This document shows positions 1 through 11,752 of a stretch of 64,000 bases of DNA, in pieces. Under the pieces are notes generated by a model. That model saw nothing but the letters and a program-made list of their open reading frames with translations. It was not told where the DNA came from and searched no databases. Source of the stretch: Eledone cirrhosa (lineage: Eukaryota); NCBI GenBank assembly GCA_964016885.1, contig OZ024743.1:8618001-8682000 (forward strand). The letters are read 5' to 3'. The first letter of the stretch is position 1. Every line of letters starts with the position of its first letter. The translations under genes were made by a program, and so were the position numbers.

Positions 1-397
1 ATTTGTGTTATGTGTTACGTAATTTTTTGAAACTATATGCATTTGGTGTGATGTAGGCATGAATGGAACACATACATGTGCATGATTGTGTTAATGTGAC
101 ATAGGTACTGAGTGGTGTGTTTTGGTAAAAAGGTTTTGTGTGGACACATGTAGGCATGTGAGTAAAGAGTGCATATACATGCTTGTTTTAAAGGTGTGTA
201 TGTGTAAAGGCTAGATACATGTAAGTAAACTATGTATGTGTTTGTGTGTTTGGTGTGTATATATGGGTTAAAGAAACCAAGACTATTTGGAATGGTGATT
301 CTATGACTAATACCAGTTCTTACTCCGTCTGATGTAAGATAAGGTAAAAAACCTGAAAGGTGAGGGTTAACAAGTTATCAACATCGTATGATTTTTT

Positions 398-619
398 TTA
401 ACCCTTTAGCATTTAAACCAGCCATATCTGGTCAGAATTCTCTCACCTCTTTCTGTTCAAACTGGCCATAACTGTCCACTCATACTAACATTAAGGTATT
501 GTTCTCAAAATAAATAATATTAAAATCTCCTAGATTCAATATTATGTGAGGTAAAGCCTTTACCGTGAAAATACAGTAGTATATATATAGAGAGAGTAAT
601 GCGAATGTTAAAGGGTTAA
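398..619. mobile_element. piggyBac-type MITE, family A
   Basis: TTAA-CCCTTTAGCATT ... AATGTTAAAGGG-TTAA terminal inverted repeats. Five related copies in the window. Confidence 0.8.
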
Positions 620-790
620 TGAGAGCTGGTTGTTAAATTTCTGCTGAAGAAAGACCAATTCCATTGAGTATCAACAATGTCAAACAACTCAAACCATGTA
701 CCTGAGATGTGAGCAATTCAATTGGAACTTTCACGTTTTCAAGTGAAAATTAATCAGTGTTTGCATAAAATTTTCAATTGTAATAATTAG

Positions 791-997
791 TTAACCCTTT
801 AGCATTTAAACCGGCAATATTTGGCCTGAATTCTATCACCTCTTTCTATTCAAATTGGCTGTAACCAGCCACTCATACAGGTATTAAGGTATTGTTCTCA
901 AAATAAATATCAAAATCTCGTAGATTCAATATTATTATGTAAATATAATAGTAAATACAATAGTATATATAGAATAATGTAAATACTAATGGGTTAA
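791..997. mobile_element. piggyBac-type MITE, family A
   Basis: TTAA-CCCTTT...GGG-TTAA. Internal sequence similar to 398-619. Confidence 0.8.
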
Positions 998-1589
998 GAC
1001 GATATGTAAAATTTAGTTACTATCATGATAGTAAGGAAAAGTATGTTTTCTGTCTGCATATGGATGATTGCATGTATATATGTCTATGTAATTGTGCATT
1101 GGAGTAATTTTTTTTATTTGCATATACGTTCCTTCTCCCACTGTCTGCTGCTTTGCATCTAGCATTCTACTGTCACCCCTATTTCTTTCTCCACAATACT
1201 ATAACCATCTTAAAGAGTTTTCTGATTTTAAGGGCTAGCTTTGAGTCTCTTTTGGGGGAGGGCTAAACTTCAGACTGCAATTACAGGGTCTTAGTATCTA
1301 TAAGCTCAAATACTCAATTGCCAACTATTTTAACACCATCACCTGGGTCCTTTAATGGAATCCAATCCGATACTTGCATTCAGGCTACATTACCTGTCTA
1401 AAGATAACATCCTTCACATTGTCTATGAAGACATGAAAATGTCATGGTACTGCTCTTATTCCTGACAATTGAAAAAGCCATTGGAAAATATTTATACTTT
1501 TCATTTTCCTGCTGGAGTAGTTACTGACTATCCCAAGCTGCTCCTACTAAAGAACTATAAGCAAGCATGTAACCAATCAAATGTAATAC

Positions 1590-3584
1590 ATAAGACGGGT
1601 AAGGCGGCTGGGCCTTCGGAAATAGTTGCTGAGATGCTGAAGGCATCTGGCACGGTGGGACACACCATGGTCACCCGGATAGTTAACCAAGTCGTACAGA
1701 ATGGGGTTGTTCCGAAGGACTGGCATAGCAGCATCATCGTTAACTGTTATAAGGGTAAAGGAGATGCCCTAGATAGGAGTAACTATAGAGGCATTAAATT
1801 AATCGACCAGGTCATGAAGGTCACGGAAAAAGTAATAGCGCAACTAATCAGAGAGAGAATTGACCTAGATGAAATGCAGTTCGGGTTTGTGTCAGGCAAA
1901 AGTACCACAGACGCTCTTTTCATTGTACGACAACTTTAGCTAAAGGTAAACCCCTCTACTTAGCTTTTGTCGACTTGGAGAAAGCCTTCGACAGAGTTCC
2001 CCGTTCCATTATCTGGTGGGCCCTTAGAAAACTAGGTGTCGACGAATGGCTTGTGAGAGCTATACAAGCCATGTATAAAGAAACAGTCAGCAAGGTTAGA
2101 ATTAACAACGAATATAGTGAAGAGTTTAGCGTAAAAGTTGGCGTCCATCAGGGCTCTGTTCTCAGCCCCCTACTATTTATTATTGCCCTTCAGGCTATAA
2201 CAGAGGAGTTCAAGATCGGCTGCCCATGGGAACTCCTATACGCAGACGACCTGACACTCATAGCTGAATCAATGGCCGAGCTAGAGAAGAAATTCCAAAC
2301 ATGGAAGCATGGCCTAGAATCAAAAGGCCTTAAAATTAACCTGGCTAAGACTAAAGTTCTAGTTTGTAGGAAAGAAAATAAGGCGGCGGTCCCTTCCGGG
2401 AAATGGCCATGCTCAGTGTGTAGGAAAGGAGTAGGTAGAAACTCCATTTTATGTCCCAAATGCAAAGTATGGGTGCATAAAAGATGTAGTGGGATCACAG
2501 GTAAGTTAACTAAGAACATAGATTTTACATGTGGCCGGTGCTCTGGTGCAATAAGTAGCAGCAAGTGCCCACAAAATACTAGCTCTTACAACTGCGCAGA
2601 GGGATCTATAGAAATAGTGGACAGCTTCCGTTACCTGGGTGACAAAATCAGCAGTGGGGGAGGGTGCTCTGAAAGTACAGTAGCTAGAGTCACAACTGGA
2701 TGGAAAAAGTTCAGAGAGCTTATACCACTATTAGCCGCTAAAGGGTTCTCCCTAAAAATGAAAGGCAGGTTGTATGATGCCTGCATACGAACAGCAATGT
2801 TGCATGGCAGTGAGACCTGGGCATTGTGTGTAGAGGATATACGCAGACCAGAGAGGAACGAAGCTTGCATGCTCCGCTGGATGTGTAATAGTAATATACG
2901 TGAACGGCAAAGCATAAACGAACTAAGGAAAAAATTAGAAATAAGAGGGATCAGATGTTGTTTACTCGAGAGAAGGCTACGTTGGTATGGACACGTGATG
3001 CGCATGAAAGTCGATAGCTGTATAACAAAGTGCAGGGCAATAAAGATAGACGGTAGCCACGGAGTAGGCAGACCCAGAAAAACCTGGAACGAGCTGATAA
3101 ACTCCGACCTCACACACTTACACCTCTCCAAGACAATGTCACTGGACCGAGACCTTTGGCGGTACTCAGTAATAGAGAAGACCCGCCTTACCTAAATACA
3201 TAGTAAAACCTACTACAGCCAGTAGGCATTTCTAACAAAATACACCCCGTCCCACCACCCCATCCACACCACTCCCTTCTATGTAAAGTTATGTTGGTGC
3301 CACAACATCCAGGCCGAAACAAATGAGATCGTGTAGGTGTCACGACAAAAAAACACACAGTCCACGCTGTAATGTGGCCGTGGAGGCAACACGGTAAAAA
3401 CCTCCCAGACCCACACTGTAAATGTGGTTGGTGTTAGGAAGGGCATCCAACTGTAGAAAACCTGCCAGACAGTCCTATGCGAGCAAGACAATCACTCTTG
3501 CCTCAAGTGGGAATACCCCCGTCCAAACCCATGCAAGCGTGGAACACGGACGTTAAACGTTGATGATGATGATGATGATGATGA
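1590..3584 (+). mobile_element. 5'-truncated RTE-clade LINE: RT, embedded PHD-type finger, 3'UTR and (GAT)n tail
   Basis: NYRGIKL, QFGF, DLEKAFDRV, QGSVLSP, YADD (2239-2250), FRYLG and RLRWYGHV..R motifs. Frameshift near 1935 (RQL then LAKGKPLY in another frame). Ends in gatgatgat. Confidence 0.93.
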
Positions 3585-3796
3585 AGTCTTGCCCCCAGGA
3601 TATGCTGGGCTTCAACCTGAATTAATGCTGAACATTTTATCATACAGGAGTTGGCTGTGACAAAATATGTTGCATCCATTCTGCTATGTGGTCTACTTTG
3701 TTTTCATGAATTAACTCATCATATTTCTAATAAAAAATACTGACTGTGTTTCAATTAATTTTGAAAAAACTTTTTCATTGTTCAGCTGATGTTTGA

Positions 3797-3914
3797 AATA
3801 ATTGTTTCTACTTTAGGCACAAGGCCAGCAATTACCCAGTGCATTACTGGTGCTTTATTTTATCGACCCCGTAAGGATGAAAGGCAAAGTCAACCTCAGC
3901 AGGATTTGAACTCT
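3797..3914 (-). mobile_element. 5'-truncated tRNA-headed SINE with Nin/Deu-like core
   Basis: Core GCCTTTCATCCTTACGGGGTCGATAAAATAAAG. Flanked by direct repeat ctgatgtttgaaataat (3786-3802, 3913-3929). Confidence 0.85.
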
Positions 3915-4312
3915 GATGTTTGAAATAATGTTCAACAAATATGTATTAAATAAAATTATTATGGAAGATTTTAATATAAGTATGGCCATATGTATCTGGT
4001 TTAGAATAGGTAAACTATCCATGTGTTGTAAGAACTGACTAAAAGAGTTGGTGTCAGAAATGGCATCCAGCAGTAAAAAAAGTCTTGTCTAACACATGCT
4101 AGCATGGAAAAGTCAACATAAAAACAATGATGATGATCAACATTTTAAAATGGGCAGTTCTGTATCATAAAACCAGGGCAGTTTCAGATGGGTTGCTATC
4201 AAGACTGATAATGACTATATCAGAGCTGACCAAGATAGACTCAATTAGTGCAACTGCCTTTATTACATGAGATTCACTGAAAGATTTTGGTAACCCAATA
4301 TAAAACTTGGTC

Positions 4313-4630
4313 TTAACCTCTTCAGTGCCACAGACGAGATGACTCGTCCTAACATGTATACATTCCTGTGCCACGGACGAGATGACTTGTCCTAACATGT
4401 ATACATTCCCGTGCCACAGACGAGATGACTCGTCCTAACATGTATACATTCCCGTGCCACGGACGAGATGACTCGTCCTAACATGTTTGAACTCTTTTCC
4501 AACAGTTCATAACTTCAAAGCTAAATTGGGTTACTAGTTTATTGTTGCTAATAACTTTTTTTTTTTTTTTTTAAACAAACAGCACAGCAACTGTAGCTGT
4601 GTAAAATATACATGGCAGTCAACAGGTTAA
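4313..4630. mobile_element. piggyBac-type MITE, family B, with internal 43-bp tandem repeat
   Basis: TTAA-CCTCTTCAGTGCCA ... TGGCAGTCAACAGG-TTAA imperfect TIRs. Repeat units start at 4325, 4368, 4411 and 4454. Confidence 0.7.
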
Positions 4631-4921
4631 TGTAGCTGTTAATCTTATATATATAAAACTGCCACCATATGAATGTGTGTATACCGTTTTTCCCATTCAT
4701 TCAACATCCTAGAATTAGTAACTAAGTCCATTAAAATCAAATCCTATAAAAAATAAAAAAAATAAAAATGGGAGGTGTTACAGCTGGAATTTCTTTATTT
4801 AAAACCCAATTCAGCATGAAATTGTAACCAAATACTTATTTTCTATTTTTAATCTTTGAAATTTTCAAACACAAACTATGACTAAGTTATACTGGTCGTT
4901 CAGTATCATATATAAAATTGA

Positions 4922-5520
4922 AGCTGAATTGTGACATAGTGGTAAGAACTATGTAAGTTATATTGGTGATTCGGCTTCATATTGAAGCAATTTTAGCTGA
5001 ATTGTGACATAGTGGTAAGAACTATGTAAGTTATATTGGTGATTCGGCATCATATTGAAGCAATTTTAGCTGAATTGTGACATAGTGGTAAGAACTATGT
5101 AAGTTATATTGGTGATTCGGCATCATATTGAAGCAATTTTAGCTGAATTGTGACATAGTGGTAAGAACTATGTAAGTTATATTGGTGATTCGGCATCATA
5201 TTGAAGCAATTTTAGCTGAATTGTGACATAGTGGTAAGAACTATGTAAGTTATATTGGTGATTCGGCATCATATTGAAGCAATTTTAGCTGAATTGTGAC
5301 ATAGTGGTAAGAACTATGTAAGTTATATTGGTGATTCGGCATCATATTGAAGCAATTTTAGCTGAATTGTGACATAGTGGTAAGAACTATGTAAGTTATA
5401 TTGGTGATTCGGCATCATATTGAAGCAATTTTAGCTGAATTGTGACATAGTGGTAAGAACTATGTAAGTTATATTGGTGATTCGGCATCATATTGAAGCA
5501 ATTTTAGCTGAATTGTGACA
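4922..5520. repeat. 73-bp minisatellite, about 8.2 near-identical copies
   Basis: agctgaattgtgacatagtgg recurs at 4922, 4995, 5068, 5141, 5214, 5287, 5360 and 5433, with a partial unit at 5506. Confidence 0.97.
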
Positions 5521-5925
5521 AACTAAATTACACAGTAAAAATTATTTCATATTTTATGCAGTTAGTATATTACGGTTCTTTTTCATATTTTTTAATATCA
5601 CATATCAGTTTTCTTACTTTGCACATGTAGCTTTGGAGATAGTATCAAAAATAAATAAAACTGTGACATTTCATTTCCATTGCAAATACTTTTGCTCTAA
5701 TTAAAACACAAAATTAGTGTATGTACAATTTTTGTCTTGTTTTTCATTGTGCAGTTTTGTCTGAAATATAACTACAAACATTACAGAGATGCTTCTGTAA
5801 TCAGAAAATCAAGTTTGAGAGACTAAAATATTTTTAGGTACTTGGCTATGGTGTTATTGTAGAGTTACCATGGTTACTTATGTCAGAGATATATAATTGA
5901 TAGTAACAGTTAAAATGGCTACAGA

Positions 5926-6137
5926 CTAGTAATACTGGTTAGCTGTATGGACTATCTAGTATTACTGGTTAGCTGTATGGACTATCTAGTAATACTGGTT
6001 AGCTGTATGGACTATCTAGTAATACTGGTTAGCTGTATGGACTATCTAGTAATACTGGTTAGCTGTATGGACTATCTAGTAATACTGGTTAGCTGTATGG
6101 ACTATCGAGTAATACTGGTTAGCTGTATGGACTATCT
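5926..6137. repeat. 30-bp minisatellite, about 7 copies
   Basis: Unit ctagtaatactggttagctgtatggactat. Confidence 0.95.
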
Positions 6138-7859
6138 TAAAAGTTAGAGCCTAAAATAGGCTGTCTTTAAATTGAATGCAGTAGTGAGATTGTTAATTGC
6201 TAGTTGACCATTATATTGAGCACACCGAATGGTTACATACTCTTCAATGCCTTTGTTATAAAAAGAAATGTTTGCAGCAATATATATTGTATGGAAAGTT
6301 CAAGATTTTTTAATGAAAATAATAATTTCTTACATTATTGGGAAAGAATTGACACTAGCATACAAATGGTATATATTAACCTCGGAGCATACCTCAGTGT
6401 GATTTGAACTTAGGATAAAAAAATATATATAACTTTGGCATTAGGAAGGGCATCTGGCCATAGAAACAAAGCCAGAAACAGTTCATGTGTGAGCAAGACA
6501 GTCACCTGACCCAACTTGCCCCAAATGAGACAACCCGTCAAACCTACACTAGCATGGAAAAAAAAGGACATTAAACAATGATGATGATAACCCACAGAAG
6601 TATATTTAGTCTCTCAGTACCACTACTGCTCTTCTCATAATACACAATATCATTTTCACCATATTTTCTCTCATATAGTTTGTTATAAAACTATCTTTAC
6701 AGTGTATAGTTGCCATTAATAGTAGTCACTGTGAAAGAATCTCTTGGATTTTTTTTTTCCAGTTGAATTTAGTCTTATGACAAATTCTTGCCTTCTGTCA
6801 TTTTAAAGTTCCAAAATGTTCCATGTTCACTAAATTCATCAAAGCATCCACCATATATTTAGAACCCTTCAGTTAGTAGTGAGCCAAGTATTTATTTTAC
6901 TAATAGCATCCAGATTAAATGAATGTGTGGGTGAGTGAGTGTTTAACAGCTGTTCAAATTAAGAACTGGCTATCCCTTTCGCCTATCAGCAACACATTTA
7001 GAACGTCTTGCTAAAGTAAACTGTAATGAAACATCTGAAACCAAATATCAAATATTGACTCATTATTTAACAATTTGTTTCCCTTTTGGAAATCAAATGA
7101 ACAAATATGGAATGATGTAAAAGCTTCTATCAAAATAGAGATAACTTTTAAAGAAGCATTTAGAAACATTTATCTTCAGATGAAAGAAATTAAAAATATA
7201 TTTATGCCCTACTGATCTCATTCCGACGTTTTCTTAACATAATCATAGTGACATGTTAAAACGTAGGTTGCAAAGATGATATGAAGAAATGTGACATAAC
7301 TCCTTGAAACATTAGGAAATTCATGTCAAATAAAAACATGAATTAACATGTGAAAACAAGTCACTGAGTATTAAAAAAAATTATAGCTTAATTAAATATA
7401 ATGATCAAACTGTCTGCTTAAAACGTGACTCATTTCCAGGCACCATTCTATTGACAGCTTCCAAAATGAACTGTTATATAAGACTGTATAGACCTTGACA
7501 AGTTTCAGTAGTAGTAGTAGTAGTAGTAATTTTGAACTATCTTTACTTTGTACTGAATGTCACGAGATTATCTCAGAAATACTTCCATATAGCTAGATAA
7601 TTTGTGTTATATCAAATAACTGACCTGCTGGTCTGTACTATATATGAATATAGATAGACACATAGATGATTGACCTGTGTGTCTATATTCATATAAAGAC
7701 AGCATAAATCTGCATGTTGGTTTACAGCTGTTTAAAATGTGAGCAAATGAGTTACACTGCAGTTTTAAGTGCAACTAATAATAACTACAATGACATAAAA
7801 ACTATATTTCACTTCTAAGACTTTTTTGGTTTTTACTTGATTGGTTGAAGAAAGGGGAA

Positions 7860-10030
7860 ATGTCCTTGGTTTTCACAGGCCTGCCCAAACCAGAAAAATC
7901 CATGCCATTAGCTGTTGCAAGTCCATTCCTTTTGGAAAGACATGAGGAGGCAGGGAGTTTCAAAGGACTAACACTCTGTGCAAGGAGGTTTGGGTGTAGT
8001 GGTTAGTGTAACGCCAGGGTGGTTGGAGACAAGAGAAAATGAAACAAGTGAGTCTGAATGCCTGAATGGAAGTGGTACAAGACCAGCACACTGAGGAATA
8101 GAGGTCATTGTAGTAGCAATAGAGGAGGCAGAGGAAACAGGCAGCATGGCTGTGGGCCAGATACTGGAAAGTGCCTGTGGGTGCCAATTAGCCAGGTGGC
8201 ATTTTTCTGAATGCATTTGAGGATGTCAGTGTGAGCAATGGCAAATGCAGGAGCAGTGTTCCATTGTGGGTCTAAGAACAATGCTTGTGTCTTGTTGTTG
8301 AAAGATACAAGATTGGCATCACTACATTGAAGGATGCTTTAAAGGACTGTTCATGGAATCAGTGCAAGTTTGGCATGTTTAAGATGTTTGGTTGGAAAAT
8401 GTCATGGAAAAATAAAGAGTACCACTTACGTAAAAGTGGGTGCTGTTGGACATGATGGCTAGCTAGTAAGTCATTGATATAGAAAAAGAAAAGCGTGGGT
8501 ACAAAACTAAACCCGGGACACATCAAAGGAGATAGAAAGTGGGACAGGGAGAGCACTCTCAGCACATACCATGAAAGTACAATTTGATAGGAAGCTACTG
8601 ATCCAAGAGACAACAGATGGATTAAGCCTATATGCAGTCTATTTTCAGATTTGTGTGCCAAATATAGTAGGAAGCTTTCCTGATATGAAAGGCAACATCA
8701 TTGTTTTCTGCAAATTTCTCTAGCCCAACAGACAAGAGTAGGTTTCCAACATCAAGGATCACTAAAGAGATAGAAATTCAAGGTGTTGGAGATCGTCATT
8801 ATTAATGGTTATCTCCATTGCCTTTGAGATATTAGAAGTGTGATAGGACAATAATTGGCAGAGTCAGAGGGTGTATTTCCTAAGATCAGAATATATCTCT
8901 GTAGAGATCAGGAGATTGAAAAGTTTAGTGAATATAGAGGTTAGCTCTGGGACACATTGAATGCGATGGTATGGATACATGCAGGATGGTGTATATGGTA
9001 GGATGGAAGGAGATATATTTGGGGTATCAAGTGTAGGCAATGTGGAGTTGAATGTAAAATGAACAGTGAAGATAGAGGGAGTACTTCACACTCAACCATC
9101 ATCATTGAAGAGTAGAGGAAAAGTAGATTCTGCAAAGTTGGTTGAGATATCTTTAGCAAAGGTATAGAAGAATCAAATATAGTTTAGGAGATAGTAGAGC
9201 CTGAGAGATGTGCAATGCATGGAGGCATCCTTTGCAGTTTGGGTACTTGCCTTGGAAGAGTTGTCATGCTGGGTAACTGCTGCTTGTTTGGAAGTGATGG
9301 TGACTTTCTCCAGGTGTTGTAGGCCTTGTTAAATGCCTGAACTGCTGCAGCACATCTATAAGTGATCCAACTGGGGGACTTGGGACACTGAGTTTTTGTT
9401 GTGGTGGATGTGGAGGGATATGCCTATGAGGATGGTTTCAACCAAATGGCTAGTTGTTTCTGATGTGTCAGGAGTGAAACACATATTGCCAGGGAAGTTA
9501 GCATAAAATTGGTGAAACTGATTAATAAACTGCTCTAGGGTCAAATGAGTATTAATGTGGATAAGATAAGACAGTGATCGAATGACCTGATAAGAATGGA
9601 AGTGGTTATGGTCTGGCAAAGGTTAGGTTTGGAGGTGAGAAAAAGATTGAGGGTATTTGGAATGTCCGTGTGCTGATCAGAGATGCAGGGTGGAGAGAGG
9701 TTCTAAGAAATAAGTTGGCGTAAAGACTTCAGAATTGCAAAAGATTTGGTTTCAATAACAGCAATATATGTATGAGAGCCTTGAGGAGTTGTAGGCATTG
9801 AAGTAATCAAGAATGATGACTTTGGAGAGGGGTGAAGAGAGGGATTTATCCTCTATGTAGGAGATATGGTCGAAGAGTTGTTGGTGGTTCAAGGAGTTCA
9901 GAAAGTGGTAATGGGAGCAGATACACTTGGAGGTGTGAGGTAGGGAGACTGAACCAAAGTAGCAGTTTTAGGGAGGGATACAATTTGGAGAAGTGAGAAG
10001 GTAATGGCATGTCGAAAGGCTCTTCTAAAT
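7860..10030 (-). mobile_element. Heavily decayed CR1-group LINE ORF2 (endonuclease plus RT)
   Basis: Remnant motifs in order on the minus strand: IILDYFNA (GDFN-like, ~9800), SDH-like (~9575), NYCPITLL (~8850), PTLF..YINDLL (~8480) and LAH..LCLLYCYY (~8130). Confidence 0.7.
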
Positions 10031-10899
10031 GGATTAAAGGCTTCCATCATTCTGTAAATGTCTTTTAGCACTTTTGCTATAATACAACTGTGACCATTAT
10101 GTTATATACATTTCCAGACATCAAAATAAAGGGTATTAGATTGGTGAAACTTTCTAAAGACTGTTCAGATATTGTTTTCTACCTTTCTCAGTATTTCCTC
10201 CTATTCCTGTTAAAGAATAGAATCTTAAAATTCATGTGGATTCAGACATGGCTGAATGGTCAAGATGTTCTTTTTAAAATTATCAAGTTTAGGGTTTGAT
10301 CTCACAGCATGACATCTTGGTTAAGTGTCTTTACCATAGGCTCAGGTTGACTCATGCTTTATAGGTGAAACTGGGTAGACAGAAACTGTGTGGAAGACTG
10401 TTAGATGGCTTGTCTGTATAATTCAAAGGTTCAGTCTTATATATTGTGTCTTGTTGATTTAGCTCAAGAATTGTGTTAAAGTTACACATGTCTATGAAAT
10501 ACTTAGACACGTACAAGCTAATTTAAGTTGGATATTCAGTTGATTGAACAACAGAATGCTTATAGTCGAAACTGATGGAGGATCCTTCATGAAGTCAAAT
10601 TAAGTGCATTTTGTTTCTATAACAAAAACAATTTTCATTGTAAATATAATTTTTTTCCTGTAAAACTGCATATTATTAACCAATGATATAATTATGATAG
10701 AGGCCTATAATTAGTTTATAGCACTATCAGTTATATGACTTTATAACTATGCTTCTACTAACATAGCAGCAGCATTGATAACCTAAATAGGAAAAGAAAA
10801 ATTAAAAAACCAGTACATTCCCCATTTATAAGATTTTTGTTTTAACTGCTTTTTTTAAAATTACTTAGAAAAGATTTTACTCAATATTTGAAAAGTGAT

Positions 10900-11752
10900 G
10901 AATTTATTTGATCCAATAATTCCATACAAGTGATGCTAAATGCATTCAGACTCATCAGCTTTTTGCTTTATTTAGGTAGAATATAATTCTTGAGTTCAAA
11001 AGAGAGAGTAAATTAAGGAAGGAAGCAAACCAATGCAAGAGATGTACCTTGACAGAAATGGTAACAACCATTTCAACAGAGCTGTATAAATGATAGAGAA
11101 ACAGAAATGCACCAGACAATCTTGAGGCTGCTGAAAGGCTAAACAGCGGCTCAGTTCCACCATGCATAAGGATGCAGAAACAGCTCGCCTGCAAATTGTA
11201 TAGCACACACAGAAAATAGTATAAATAGAAAAAATAAAATTCAAAACATTACTGAAGCAACATTGGAGCAGGATGGAGGGAAGGCATTGTAGTTACAATA
11301 AAAAGGGATCTTGCTAGTCTTTAAGCTTTATAAAATGTTAGGAGAGGAAGAGAAGAAAAAGAAAAGCAAAGAGAAAAGGATATATAAGCAGGATAGTGTC
11401 TTTATGTCTGTATTGAATCAGTTTCAACCTGATGTAGAACCAGCATGGACGACATACAGACATGTCAAGAAAGTACTGTCTAGCAAAATATCAATGTTGG
11501 CTCAATAACCAACTTTCACATGTGGTAAAACAATGTTCTCAGTAATTTCTCCAGTTTTTTAATACAATCAATTTTTTCTTTTTTGATAGATTTTATTATT
11601 AAATTTATTAGATGATCCACAAATTAAATGTGGCAAGAAATTTTTCTCATGTTGAGTGGCAGATGAAACTGAATGTGTTTAAATCAAGTCAACATTTGAG
11701 AAGAACGATGAGACAGGCTCTTGATGTACACCGTACTTAAAACTCATCTGAC
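10900..11752 (-). other. Rap1: Probable terminal 3'UTR exon of Rap1 (distal end uncertain)
   Basis: Strong acceptor ttattttcttattcag at 11753-11768 followed by a transposon-free stretch. Minus-strand AATAAA hexamers occur near 11595, 10970 and 10905. Confidence 0.6.

Noticed and set aside
2190-3131. Long antisense ORFs over the RTE RT (also 54007-54555)
   Set aside because: Shadow frames of the LINE coding strand, with boundaries that differ among copies.
1469-3195. Programmed frameshift or readthrough between the two RTE ORFs
   Set aside because: The expected QEK-like residues are missing at the junction, so a small deletion explains it. The first ~40 codons are flanking DNA.
3279-3491. 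Recurring small ORF family WQVFYSWMPFLTPT
   Set aside because: Antisense translation of the repeated RTE 3'UTR, with start and stop not conserved.
4325-6137. CRISPR-like appearance of the 43-, 73- and 30-bp arrays
   Set aside because: Units are head-to-tail with no unique spacers, there are no cas genes, and the context is eukaryotic.
5947-6147. ORF with repeated MDYLVILVSC
   Set aside because: It is a translation of the 30-bp minisatellite with no gene context.
11311-11508. Lys-rich plus-strand ORF
   Set aside because: It lies antisense to the probable Rap1 3'UTR pyrimidine tract and has no ATG start or splice support.
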